Source: Eutreptiella sp. 'Long Island Sound 2002'
Lineage: Eukaryota; Protista; Euglenida
Length of the DNA: 64,000 bases
Direction: 5' to 3'
NCBI GenBank assembly: GCA_964036045.1
Contig: OZ038378.1
Coordinates: 100,502,001 to 100,566,000 of the forward strand
Below the pieces are notes generated by a model that saw only the letters and a program-made list of their open reading frames with translations, was not told where the DNA came from and ran no database searches. Position 1 is the stretch's first letter. Every line of letters starts with the position of its first letter. A program made the position numbers and the translations under genes. Of this stretch, positions 48,401 to 60,060 are shown piece after piece.

Positions 48401-48845
48401 GCATTGCAGGAGTTGCACTGCCCGCTGCCCCAGACAGCGAGGCAGCATTGCACGAGTTAGTAGGCACTGGAACTCCTGCAATGCAATGCCTCACTGCTTG
48501 GGGGTAGTGGGCAGTGGAATTTGTGCAATGCACTGCCACACTGCTTGGTGGTAGTAGGTAGTGCAACTCTTGTAATGCCCCACTAGAGTGCCTAGGGGCA
48601 GTGGGCCGCAGAGTTTGTGCAATGCGCGGGCCCGGCGGCTGGGGGGACAGGCAGTCCTGCCCACGAGGCGGTTGTTGCCGGGAGAGTGGAATTCTTGGAA
48701 TGCACCGCCTCACTGCTTGGGGGCAGTTGGCGGTGCAAACTCTGCAATGCAGTGCCGCACTACCTAGGGGCAGTGGGTGCCGGAACTCGTGCAATGCACT
48801 ACCCCACTGCCTGGGGGCAATGCATAGTGCGACTCCTGCAATGTC
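42420..48845. repeat. Satellite array of ~47-bp self-complementary monomers with irregular higher-order repeats, in intron 3
   Basis: Consensus GGGGCAGTGGGCAGTGGAACTCCTGCAATGCACTGCCTCACTGCCT; GGAACT spacing is 46-47 bp at 43364-43552. A longer variant block (AATGCGCGGGCCCACCAGCTGGGGGGAC...) recurs about 13 times. Confidence 0.95.
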
Positions 48846-48892
48846 CCACTCTATGACACCACCTGTACGCAGTTGCACGTGGTGCTATCGAG

Positions 48893-50161
48893 ATGGCCAA
48901 AAGGCAGTGCACTATTGCATCACACCTGAAGGTAGCCTATGGCAGCTGGACACGGACAGAAAAAAACTCCTGGCCACCGTGGTCAGCAGCAATTAACGCC
49001 CCTCTTTGGAAGGAACCCAAATATGAGGGGTTGCGGGGATTGTTGCAGAAGCCTTTTGCTAAGCCTATTTGTGAGAAATCTGATACTGGTCTGGTTAGTA
49101 TCCAGTGTGCTAGCGAGTCCCTCGTTGAGACAAGCACAGGCAAACTCATTGCAGAGTCAGGCCGTGTGGAACCGATGGCAATGCGTTGTGGAGTCCTTGT
49201 TCCCAGTATCATTAGTTCACTGCCCTTTGCTGCTTGCGTCATTGAGGTGCCCCGCCTCCATACAGCTAGTTTGCTTAACTTGGTTGCGCAGCTGCTTCTG
49301 TCCGGTGTGCCTGTGTTCATTGCGGGTGAGTCTGCTGATGTGAAAGCCACTGTTGCTGCTTTGAAGGCCACTGTAGCTAAGGATATGTATCAGTGTGATG
49401 TTTTAATTTACAATTTGTCAACCAAGACCCCGTTGTATACTTCCACTTCCCATCCGGTTTCCATTTGTTCTGCCACCGCCTTTGATACCACGTTGCTGCG
49501 TTACGTGGCTTATACTGAAGGACCCATGTCCTCTGTGATGCCTGTTGAGATATTCTCATTTCTTTTGAGCCTGGTTCCGGTCCCAAAACGGGCAGGCAAC
49601 TGGTGTCTGCTAGGGACTCTGTCTGTGTACTTTGCAAGCATGATGTCTACCAGGTTTTCCAAGGACTGTAATGTTGTGTGTGCCCTTTTGGGTGAGGAGA
49701 CTGCTATGCCTGATGAGTTTGTGCAGTCCATCAGAGCGGCTATCACCAACGCCGACACGTGCCCCCCCAAGTCATGGGAGGATGTGTACCATGACTTGGG
49801 GGCAGGTTTTCTTGTGGATTTTTCTGGGGTTACGTATGTGAATGAGGATCCGGAGGAGCAAGATGGGGACGCAGAGTCGCAACCAGAGGCATACGCTCCA
49901 AAGAAGAAACCCAAAACTGCCCCTGCCCCCTCACCTAGTGGCACGCAGTGCGCTCAAGCCACCCCCTCTTCCTCCTCAGGCACTGTGGCCCCCACTGGCA
50001 GAGGTATGAATGCTTTTGTGAATCATTTTTCACCAACCCAGGGTGGAAACACATAGTCACAGAACTTTGCCACTGCCAAGCCTACTGCTGCAGCCACTGC
50101 CAAGCCTCCTGCTAACACAGGTGTTAAGAAGCCCCGTGCATCTGGTCTGCGCAAGCGCTAA
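48893..50161 (+). CDS. Intronless orphan ORF (387 aa, frame continues about 35 codons past a TAG), nested in intron 3
   Basis: Long non-repetitive ORF with a globular-looking core and an acidic then Pro/Lys-rich tail. No recognised domain; probably element-borne or a pseudogene. Confidence 0.5.
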
Positions 50162-50849
50162 TGCAAGTCCTAATGCTTATATTGCCTGTCAGTATGAACT
50201 CTGGCCGAAATTTCGGCCAGCATACAGTCTTCAGCCTCTTAAGCCTCTTATTATTGTGTTTCTCCGCATAGTGGTCACCCGGAGATTGGTCCTTTGACGG
50301 GCCAAGCTTTGGGACCGTAGACTTGCTCACCTTACTGATGAGCAACGTGACGGCTAGTGGCGCATTTTTGGCGGTGCTAGGGGGTGAGAACACGCAATGT
50401 CAACAACTTCTCTCGTGGTGCATCCGAAGAATTTGTGGCCAGTTGGACGCACCACTACTGGGCCAACATTCATCGGGCATTCCGCCTCATGCAAATTATT
50501 TCTCCTTTCGGTCTAACCCATGCCATAGGTCCCAAGGTCCTGACCGCTCCACCTTGCAGCCTGTGTTGGTGCACTAGTTAGTCCAATGCTTGCCATGGGG
50601 AGTAAAATCCTGATTTCTCCACCCAGCAGCCTGTGCTGGTGGTCGAGGATTATTTTTTCACTATGATGCCTGTCAGAGTCAGCAGGGGCTATGTAGCCAC
50701 TTCACCGAATCGGGCAAGACGAGTGAAGATGTGTGCCTCGAACTTTTCCCCGGCTCGAGAAGGAGGCATTCAGGGACATTCTTTCTTTCCTTGCTTTCCT
50801 TATGTTCACCCATTGCTATTCCCCTTCCCTGTGCTAGCTTTGTCATGTA

Positions 50850-51158
50850 ATGTGGGTGCGGAAGCAAGGCGGAGATGCTCTGTGGCAAGAGTTTGCTACT
50901 CCGGCAACCGCGCTCCGCTACATCCAGTCTGAAGGTGCCCCCTCAACTCTGCAGCAAGTGCAGATTGAGTGTGTGGCCAAGAATTCGAAGGAGCGCAATG
51001 TTTTTGAGTTCTCATTTGAAGCCCCCACCACAGCCGCAGCCACCAAAAAAACCACCCCCCAAGCCCGCGCCAACCACAACCCACACCCCATCGGTCGCCT
51101 CGTGCGTTCAAGTGCTGAGCTCATCGTACTATGGGAGTTGCCGCGGTCGGTTATGTAG
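50850..51158 (+). pseudogene. Small ORF with a NUMOD1-like motif
   Basis: WVRKQGGDALWQEFATPATALRYI...FEFSFEAP; similar to 8601-8810. Confidence 0.45.
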
Positions 51159-51300
51159 GGTGACGACTACATGCTCCCGGTGTCAACGGGGGGTGCATGA
51201 GCAATGATTTGTTGTCTTGGAGGGAGACGCCGGACGGGTGTAGGTGGGTGAGGAGGGCGAGTCGGGAGATAACCGATGGTGTTTCGCATATGCATGTCGG
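51140..51300 (+). pseudogene. Possible PHD-like finger remnant
   Basis: CRGRLCRVTTTCSRCQRGVHEQ* gives C-x2-C-x4-H-x2-(C to stop), followed by ...RWCFAYAC. Confidence 0.35.
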
Positions 51301-52733
51301 GGGGTTTTTCCACAACCAAAACCAACGTATGTCCCCCACCCCAACCCCCCCATACTTGTACGGCGCTAAAAGAGGGGCAGTGCGGGTAAAAAAAGAAATA
51401 CTTTTAGGAGTGAAGAGTTACCAAGGCCCCTACAAAAAAAACCCCGCACAAGGTCCAAAAAAATTTGTACGGGCCGAATGGTTGACGCAATGGGGCAGTT
51501 CGGCAAAAAAAAGAAATCGCAAGGCCCCCAAAAAAGAAAAGAAAGAGGCCGAACAAAAAGGAATCAAAAGAAAAAAGTGAAGAAGACTCCAGTGTCAACC
51601 AAGCGCCAAGTATCCATGCTCCTTTCCTAACCCTCACCCAACAACCTTTAGCCCTTTCCCTTTTTTGGAATGCACCACAAAATCAGTTGCCCAATTAGTA
51701 GTGTTTTTGAGGGGCGGGACACAATTTTGACCCAAGCCTGGGTCCATGGTGCAATTCCCAACCCCATAACCCCCCCTCCCCCCCCCACAGCCCCCGGCAG
51801 TCAATGGGCAAACCCACCAAAAAAAAAAAACCCTGGCTGTCGGTATATACAAGTATGTCTCCACACACATTGTTTTCTACTCCAAACACCAAACCAATCA
51901 TTGAAGCGGTGGGAAAACGCCACTTCGGGTCACAAGGCCGAAGCAACCAACCTTCAAAACACTGAGTTCCTATGTTTTGAGTGTTTGAGGTTGGTTGAGT
52001 TGTTGAGTGACACCGTTTGTTCTGTGAATTTACACCATTTCTTGGGAATTTATGCCACTTTTCTTGGGAGTTTACGCCAGTTTGGGGAAAAATTTACACC
52101 CATTTACGCAACCTGGGGGCCGGGGGCCGAAACGCCTGTAAACCCCCGTAAATTACCGGCTTGTGCCATAGGTCTGGGGGTCCTGAAATCTGCACCTTGC
52201 AGCCTTTAATTGCACACCAGCATTTTTTGTTTTACTATGGTATCGCAGTTTTCCAGCAGTTTCCCACCATTGTTCGCAACTGCATTCGACCCTTCCTGAC
52301 CGCAACCTCCCCGCCCCCGTGCTGAGACCCATCAAGCTCGTTCACCGTGGCTGTGCGATCCGGGCGAGTGAGGAAGGTGACTAGGGGCGCGAAGGAAACA
52401 TAGTTCAGCCACCGGTACCTCGCGCCCTTGGCCGTGGACCACGCCTCCCTCAGCCACTCGCACCAGGTCTGCAGGCGCGCATCATCCGTGCGGCCCTGCA
52501 TCACCCTTGCTCTCCCCCACTTCCCTTTCCCTTGCCTCTGCATTTGTGTGACCATTGATTGCCATTACATAATCGCGGACTGCCGCTCGTTACCCAACTT
52601 GTTACAACGCCCATGGACTGTCCGCTGCCATTGCTTTGCCTACGCATGCCTAAACAAGAGTTCTTGAACATTCTGGACCTCACAGAGTCGATTTCTTTTT
52701 TGCGCTGCGGATTGCTTTGCCTCTACCCCACAG

Positions 52734-53175
52734 GTCCCGGTCAAAGGTCAAGTCTCCCAAGCAGGTTCCCACCGCTCTGTCACCGCACCCGGAGGCACTG
52801 CAGCCCCCAGACTCGCTCCTGCACTCGCCACAGCAGCGGGCGGAAGTGGGATTTGCCAGTCTCATTGGCGACGAGCATGTGCACAATTCCCTGGGTCTGC
52901 AGATGGAGTTTCTGGACTGGCTGGATGGCAAAAGCACAGCAGCAGTGACCGAGTCCATTTGCCAGCATTTGAAGTTCTGCTGGACTGCGATGAAGACGCT
53001 GCAGGAACAGCTGGAGCACCTCAGCGGCCTCAATGAGTGGTTTGTGGAGCCGCCGCCGGCAGAAGACCCGCCGTGCGAGCCCACACACTTCACTGGCCTG
53101 GGCACTGCGGATAATGTCCCGGCCTTCCTGCAGCACGACGGGTCGGTCCCATACCGGCCGTTGAAGAAAGATGAG
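52734..53175 (+). CDS. TSNAXIP1: TSNAXIP1-like exon 4
   Basis: Polypyrimidine tract plus CACAG acceptor (phase 2; alternative acceptor 52903). LDGKSTAAV and HFTGLGTADNVPAFLQHDGSV (cf. FFPGLGYGEAIPAFLRFDG); GT donor at 53176. Confidence 0.82.
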
Positions 53176-53419
53176 GTGTATCTTGTGCTACTGTGCTCCT
53201 ACTGCGTGCCCTCCAAATCCCCTGCCAGGCAATGGGGCACGTCGGTGCAGGGCAGTACAGGGCACATCCTGTGTTTCTTATTGGTGACATTTGCACAGTT
53301 CTACGACACGACACCTTGACACAGGGGGATCTGTTATGGATGGGGACAACCAGGCATGGGAACCGGAGTCGCATTGACCCCTCCTCAGAGGGCAAAATAA
53401 AACTGAGCTTTGTGATGAA

Positions 53420-53428
53420 ACAACAACG

Positions 53429-53506
<78 letters not shown>

Positions 53507-53612
53507 TGGCATGGCATGGCACCGTATGGCAGGGCAGGGAAGAGCAGGGCAAGAGTCAGGGCAGGGCAGGGCAGGGCAGGGCAGGGCAGGGCAGGGCAGG
53601 GCAGGGCAGGCC
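53420..53612. repeat. Compound microsatellite (CAA)n-(ATGGC)n-(GGGCA)n in intron 4
   Basis: Read directly. Confidence 0.97.
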
Positions 53613-53647
53613 CATTGTGCACTCGATCACTTGGTACTGTGTCTCAG

Positions 53648-54742
53648 GTGCACCAGTTTATTGCTGAGTTCTGGGACACGAAGCGCGAGTACGATGCCAT
53701 CATGGGGTACCGCTCTCTTGTGGAAGACTTCATGTCCAAGCACGTCATGGACTGCTACGGGCGTCCAGAGGAGGCGGTGATCATGTCCTACAACCTCCTG
53801 CACGCGTGCCACAGCATGTCCAAGGACCCCACTGCCCGTCTATTCCTGTACATCCTCCTCAATCGCCTCCCGGAGGACGCCCACTACGAAGAGGCCCACG
53901 TGCTGGACGCCCTCCGCCTTGAGCTTGAGCGCGCAGAGGAATCAGGTAGTGCTCAGGAGTCGCCGCGCAGCGCTGAACTCGCATTTCCCACGCAGAAGCG
54001 GGGCGGCCGACGGCACGTGTCCAAGGGCACAGTCCTCAAGTGTCTGGAGCAGGTGCTGGTGCACTGGCCACGCCACCGCCTCCTGCGCCTCGCCGTGGCC
54101 CTCCATGTCGCCTACACCGGGCCAGAGATTGATCGGGACCGGCTGCTGACCCGCACCGGGAGTGCCACCGGCAGAGGCACTGAAAGCGACACCACAAGCC
54201 TGGCTCTGGAGCCCACGCTGTTCACGCAGACTCTGCGGATGCTGATGATTGACAACCAGCTCGAGTACATGGCGGACGTGCACCAGGCGCTGCACGAGGC
54301 CGCAGATGCGGATGGGACACTGCCGGCCCGGGTTTTCCAGCCTATCCTTCTGGACCTGGACCCCCTCAAGAGCCTGGCAGAGGTTGAGCAGCAAGTTAAC
54401 ACATGCTGCCGCAAGACCCTGGACCCCGCCACACCCCTTGAGCCTAGCATGCCCATCAAAGTTGACGCGTTTTGCATGGCATACCGGGCATTGTACCCCC
54501 AGCGTTGCACCCCTAAGGACCGTGTCCACGCAGTGCGCAGGGCGCAGCGCATCCCGCTGCTCTCGGCGGAAGAAGCCGGAGCGCTGCCGCTATTCGCACG
54601 TGAATTCCGGCTTGGTCCTGGGGCTCAGGTGCTGCGAGGCTCCGAGGACAAGGAACTGTATCGCCGGCGCCACAAGACCAACGTGTTGTCTTCACCTTCG
54701 CAGTGCAGCATGTCCTCTGCGACGTCTTTTCTGCAGATCTGA
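53648..54742 (+). CDS. TSNAXIP1: TSNAXIP1-like exon 5 (terminal)
   Basis: CTCAG acceptor, phase 0; VHQFIAEFW...SYNLLHAC...RLFLYILLNRLPEDAHY; ends in TGA. The five exons total 2790 nt (930 codons) with no internal stop. Confidence 0.85.
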   Translation: MHQFIAEFWDTKREYDAIMGYRSLVEDFMSKHVMDCYGRPEEAVIMSYNLLHACHSMSKDPTARLFLYILLNRLPEDAHYEEAHVLDALRLELERAEESGSAQESPRSAELAFPTQKRGGRRHVSKGTVLKCLEQVLVHWPRHRLLRLAVALHVAYTGPEIDRDRLLTRTGSATGRGTESDTTSLALEPTLFTQTLRMLMIDNQLEYMADVHQALHEAADADGTLPARVFQPILLDLDPLKSLAEVEQQVNTCCRKTLDPATPLEPSMPIKVDAFCMAYRALYPQRCTPKDRVHAVRRAQRIPLLSAEEAGALPLFAREFRLGPGAQVLRGSEDKELYRRRHKTNVLSSPSQCSMSSATSFLQI

Positions 54743-55219
54743 ATCTTTCTGGGCGATCGTTCCCGTGCAGCCTGTGGCCTACCCACCATCCTCCACAGCC
54801 AGCCAATTCTGAGAGGAAATCTGGGTGCCACGCGTCATAGTGATATTCAAACAGTTGTGTCGTTTAGTGCATCATGCTGGCCAGCTAACTTAGCGTGATT
54901 TTCCCAGACCTACTGCCAGTCGCGTGCAATATCCGTTCTGGAAGCTTTTCAACAACAAAATTGGAGGGGGGTTCTCAGCCACACCGGGCCTTTCATCATC
55001 TGCCTTGCATTTCCGCGCTGAAGGCGCCAAAAATTGCGTTTAAAAGATCAGTTTCGAACCATCTCACTTGGCTTACTGGGGTAGGGGGGGGGGCTGGGGG
55101 ACCCACTCGCCAAAAGCCTCCCCGATAAAGGGCTGGATCTCCAATCCTGATTCACACGGCCCTGGACCTCACCCAAACCCCAGAAATGCATAACAAAAAG
55201 GGAGGAGGCAATGCGACGC

Positions 55220-56300
55220 CAAGATTTATGGGAGACATCTTGATTGGGAATGCTTGGGGAGAAAATTGATCTGTACGGGTGCCCATTCCAGTCCTCCGTA
55301 ATTCAGCAAGGAGAGTTCATTCCTTTTGGCATCCATGCCGCTGGTGAACACTATATGTGCAGGGGTGTTTATGGGGTGCCCTTTATGTGCATTTATCTTG
55401 TCTTCCTCTCGTTTCCTGCCCACTTGTGGTAGCCTTCATTCTTCACAATGTAGAGCATACTGAGGGAATGCATCATGTGCATGTGGAGCGGGGGGGAGCC
55501 TCCTGCAGATATCAGCTATATGGTGCTGCGTGCCTCCCCACCCATCCTCCCCACCCATCCGACATTATGATTAGTACTTGTTTTGGTGGCACTGCCGCCC
55601 CATCCAGATAGCACCTTCCATGTGGAGCGGCATGGGCATCAAAAAGATGATGCTAACTCTCCATGGACCAAATCAAGTCCAGAATTGGAAACACGCGGCA
55701 CAATGCTCTCCTCTCTACAGAGGCATGGACAACAGGAGTTGTAATCTCTCCCTCGGTGGGTGAATGGTGCTGTAGCCATGATTTTAGCACGGGTCTAGCA
55801 CTTTGTTCATACTCCAACCTCAATTAGTGTGCTCTTGACCCAAGCTCTATCTTCACGCTACTGGGGGTGCTATGGTATAGCTTCCCCCTTGGCACATGAA
55901 CCCCTGCCCTGTATTACACTTCACATCAATGGTAGTGGGAAGTACCCTCCAAACTGCAGCGTTGGAGATACCTACATGTGAAGCTTGCTGACACCATAGG
56001 AGGTGTGGATGCGGCAGTGTTGCAATAGCGAGCAAGGATCAACATTCTGCTCTAGCGTACGACCCTTCACCTCCTCCACTCTCAAGAGACAAGGCAGGTG
56101 GCACAACAAACACGGCATTGGGGAGTAACCATGGAGTAAACGTGGGCATAGGCCACCAAAAGTGCACTTTGACACACCTGCCCGCCTTGTTATTTGAATG
56201 GGAACCTGTTGATACCCCAGGAGCATGGTTGTAGTGGTATTTAGGTCATCTGATGTGTCCTCCTCACCTTGGAGTGCCTAATATGGCAATTGGGTTCCTA
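55220..56300 (-). pseudogene. Possible ancient retroelement remnant (RNase H-like end)
   Basis: KINAHKGHPINTPAHIV resembles the RNase H KxxAHxGxxxNExAD box; the rest is heavily decayed. Confidence 0.25.
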
Positions 56301-56498
56301 GCCAACCATGCACCGCACACACCTCAAACAGCGAGAGGTGTGTGTGCCTCTTGCTTGATTGGAGTGTGTTCGTGAGCTGTGGTCATATTAGAATACAGTA
56401 GATTCGCACACCGAACATATGAACTGATCAACCAATCACATCAATCCTAGGAATAGATGCAGTTGCCCCTCTGCTTGCAGGTGCTGCTACAGGCCCCA

Positions 56499-57957
56499 TG
56501 GGTGGGGGGGATGTCTCCTCGGTTGTGGTACGCGACTCCCCCCCCCCCCCCCGGCTCTCCGGGCCCCCTTAGTTGCCAAGGGTCAATACCTACTTGCCAT
56601 ACATATAGTGGCACCAAAGGTGCCCGAAAATGTTTTTTCATTCCCCTTGCCCATTTTGTCCACTTTGCACCCCAACACTATCCTTGAACCCAACCTTGAC
56701 TTTCATGCCCACACCAACCCTCACCCTACTCCTAACCCTACCACCAAACCTTACCCTTGACCCTAAACCTAATCAAGACTGAATATTGGGACCGAGCTGG
56801 TGGGGGAGGGAACATCAGCTATGACTGGTGAGGGACATCAAGAATGGTTCACACATTGATGGCTCTTGACAAAGTGGAATCAGCTTGCAAGTGAACCCCA
56901 TCACCACGAGGCCCACTTTCAAGGCTTTTTGGACTTCTGAGGGGCCAAAATGCGCCCAAAATGGGCTCAAAATGGGCTCATTTCACCCGTTTGTGCACCC
57001 CAAATGGTCTAGGATGAGGTTTGGAAAAATGCGTTTTTGACCCATTTTTGACCCATTTTTGGTCCCAAAACAGCCCATTTTCAAGGCATTTTGGGATTTT
57101 CGGAGGACCAAAATGGGCCACCACAAGCTCAAAACGGTCCAAAAACACTTGTTTTAGCGTCGCACATGGTCTAGGATCATTTTTGAGAAAAGTCAACTTT
57201 TTGCCCCTACTGGACCCTGTTGACCCATTTGGGCACCCACCTGTTTGGGCTTGAGGTTGCAGCTTGCCGCAGCCTAGTGGGCCTAGGTATGGGGTGTAGG
57301 CGTCCGTTTGGGCAATTTTGCGGGGTGGAAACCACAAAAAGTGGAGGCTTGCGGGTGGAATAGGTGCCCTCGGAATCGCATTTCGAGCCATGTAGCCAAA
57401 GATATGGCCTATTCTTGGTTTGTGGCTATCGGCATTTGGAGCTTCTGGTGGCCTTTTTGGGCTGTTTCCGGGACATATCATGGAGTTAGAGGGCCGCAAA
57501 GAGCTCGTTGACACGGGGAAGTCAAGCCGCAAGTGGAGTGTACCCACCGTTTCCCTTCGTCTGGGCATTTTGAATGTGTGCTAGGGCTTTTTTTGGCCCA
57601 AAAATGGCTGTTTTTGGCCCTAAACTGCAGTTTTTGAAACTGAGATCCGCCACTTGCGAATCCCGTTCCCGGCCGCCACTCTTGAGTTACGTGCTCAAAC
57701 TTTGTGTGATTATACTTCACACCCTTAGGTATCATGCACCAAAATTTCAACCAAACCCAAAGCACCACGGCGGAGTTCTGATTTTTACCCATTTCGCGCG
57801 TGCTGCTGCTTGCTTGCTGCTTGCTTGCTGCTTGCTGCTTGCTTGCTTGCTTGCTTCCTTGCTGCTGCTAAACCTGGTAGGTCCACCCTAGACACTAAAA
57901 AGGGTTATAAAACCAAGACTGGTTCCACCAGCTCGGTGACCCTAACCGTAATCAAGA
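56499..57957 (+). mobile_element. TIR family B copy (left end plus inner module), truncated on the right
   Basis: 56650-57945 is highly similar to 38660-39925; the left terminus GGGGGGGATGTCTCCTCGGTTGTGG resembles the TIR. Confidence 0.88.
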
Positions 57958-57964
57958 AGGGTCA

Positions 57965-59137
57965 TTGGGTGATGATTGGAGGCATCGCTTGTTATGTTTG
58001 GTTCCAAAAGTCATGGTGGTCAAATATATGCTGCATTCGAATGGCTATGATAGGGCACATGCTCACTTGGTTCACCTCCATGCGCAGCATGGGATTGATT
58101 ACGACCACCCTATTAAGCCACCCTCCAAGAAGAAGGATGACGAGACCCCGAAGTCATTTCTTTGCCCACAAGGCTGTGGCCGTTCCTTTACCGCCCAAGG
58201 TTACTTGCGAATGCATCTGCTGAAGTGCAAAAATCGTAGTGTCCCCGATGATTCACGCAGTCTTGATGGCTCAACCACGACACAACTTGACACGTTGTCA
58301 CTTGAAACCTTGGTTATCGAAAACGTGATGTGTGCTGAGCAACAGCATGAAGGCGACTTCGATGCTGCTGCAGACGTTGCAAGAGAGATGCTAGATGACG
58401 AGGGGCGTGCTCGTTTGGAAAAGAAGGGGAAACAACGTGTGCACAAACCCCCGAGTCCAAAGTCCAAGGCACCTGCGCCACCTTCTCATTAGAGCAACCC
58501 AAGGCTAACACTCAGTGAGGAGGGCTCCGACATTGCGTTCGACAAGTCGCCTTCCAAACAACGCAAAGCAACAGAAGTAGAGCCCGTGAGAGGTGGTAGC
58601 AAAGGAAAAAAGCGTCGTGCAGTAGAAGATGCAATCACCAAAACCCCGATTCGTTCAAAAGCCGTGGAAAATCAAGAATACAACCGTCGTTCAAGTCGGG
58701 CTGGCAAGCGTGGTCGAGACCCTACACCTCCATCGTCATCATCCACTCATACATCACACGAGTCTTCTGGTTCATCGAATTCATCACAGGCCAAGGAGCG
58801 TAGAATCAACAAACGTGCACAATCATCTACGAAGAAGTCCTCACCCCGGGAGCCTAGTATCGCCCAGACTTCAACAAAAGCACAATGCATCACGGACCTT
58901 CCATCCTCCCTTGTTGCTTCCACCGAAGACAAGCTGTCCAACCACAATGTACAATTGGCTTTGGATTTGTTGGGTGCCACTGGTAAAGCAAATGCTCGTT
59001 CTCGGTACATGGCTTGTAGTATGCGCGTTCACCCAGATACGAATAAATTGGGAGAATCTTATGAAGAGGCAAACTCGCGATTTCGGTTACTACTGAATGC
59101 TTGGAAGATTGTAAAGGCGGAATTCAACTTGCCATGA
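57965..59137 (+). pseudogene. Zinc-finger plus C-terminal J-domain (DnaJ-like) protein, one in-frame TAG at 58490
   Basis: CPQGCGRSFTAQGYLRMHLLKC (C2HC finger) and RSRYMACSMRVHPDTNK...EANSRFRLLLNAW (HPD J-domain). ORFs 57965-58492 and 58586-59137 are in the same frame. Confidence 0.7.
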
Positions 59138-59679
59138 ACGAAGAAGAATGCCTCTTCCTAGCCTTATCGTACTGTGCTGCTGAGTATATGGCTTTCGCTT
59201 CATTGCGATGCTGTTTATTACCAACCCTTTTTTTATTGCCCCGTCATGCACTCTTTTTTGTTGTACATTATAACCACATAAGTGGTTTCCGCTTTTTTCG
59301 CTCCTTGGTTGCTAGCCCACCGTTCATTTGTTTGTATGTCACAAAGTAGTGTTGGCTTTCGCTTCACCGCGATCCCATCGATTCTCAATGATGTTTGTGA
59401 CACCAATGCTACTAACCTACATCCTTTGCTATGCATTTGTTGTTCAAATTTTTGCAACTATCATTCAACTTTACTTCTTTGTCCGCCGTTGGTTGCATTA
59501 AGGCAACCTGTATTCGTTTCTTTCGTATCACATGTTGGTAGTCATCTTTCTTCATCACCATCATACTCGTTATCCTCATTGAATCCATCATTGTACTCAA
59601 TACACACTCATCACCGTGGGCCGTATTTACATCACTTTTTGTCTTGCGTCGCCTTCTGCATTGCATTGTCCCCTCCCCT

Positions 59680-60060
59680 CTTTTTGTTTGGCAAATGCCT
59701 TTTGGTTCAGCGCGATCCCATTAGTTTCCGCCACAGGAGTTCCAATTCCCCTCCCCCTTTTTTGTGTTGGCAAATGGCTTTCGATTCGTCGCGATCCCAT
59801 TAATTTCTGCCACCTGAGTTCCAATTCCCCTCCTGCTTTTTGTGTTGGCAAATGGCTTTCGCTTCACCGCGATCCCATTAATTTCTGCCACCTGAGTTCC
59901 AATTCCCCTCCCCTCTTTTTGTGTTGGCAAAAGGTATTCGCTTCAGTGCGATCCCATTAATTTTTGCCACCTGAGTTCCAATTCCCCTCCCCTTTTTTTA
60001 TGCTGGCAAATGACTTTCGCTTCACCGCGATCCCATTCATTTCTGCCACGTCACTTCTAA
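59680..60060. repeat. ~79-bp minisatellite (about 5 units) with dispersed copies of its core motif
   Basis: Core GGCTTTCGCTTCACCGCGATCCC (or variant) at about 59776, 59855, 59935 and 60012, also isolated at about 59190, 59354, 60082 and 60437. Confidence 0.9.

Noticed and set aside
42420-48845. Long Cys/His/Trp-rich ORFs (200-330 aa) in the satellite
   Set aside because: The monomer is about 47 bp, not a multiple of 3. All frames and both strands are similarly open and cycle through the same three peptides.
53090-53780. Poly-Gln/poly-Cys ORFs
   Set aside because: (CAA)n and (GGGCA)n lie inside the GT-AG intron 53176-53647.
9582-58492. TAG reassignment or readthrough suggested by many in-frame TAGs (9582, 9588, 10878, 25204, 27617, 50054, 58490)
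   Set aside because: The 930-codon host gene has no in-frame TAG. At least one TAG is CAG in the sister LINE copy, and the same ORFs also have TGA/TAA stops and frameshifts, so ordinary decay explains them.
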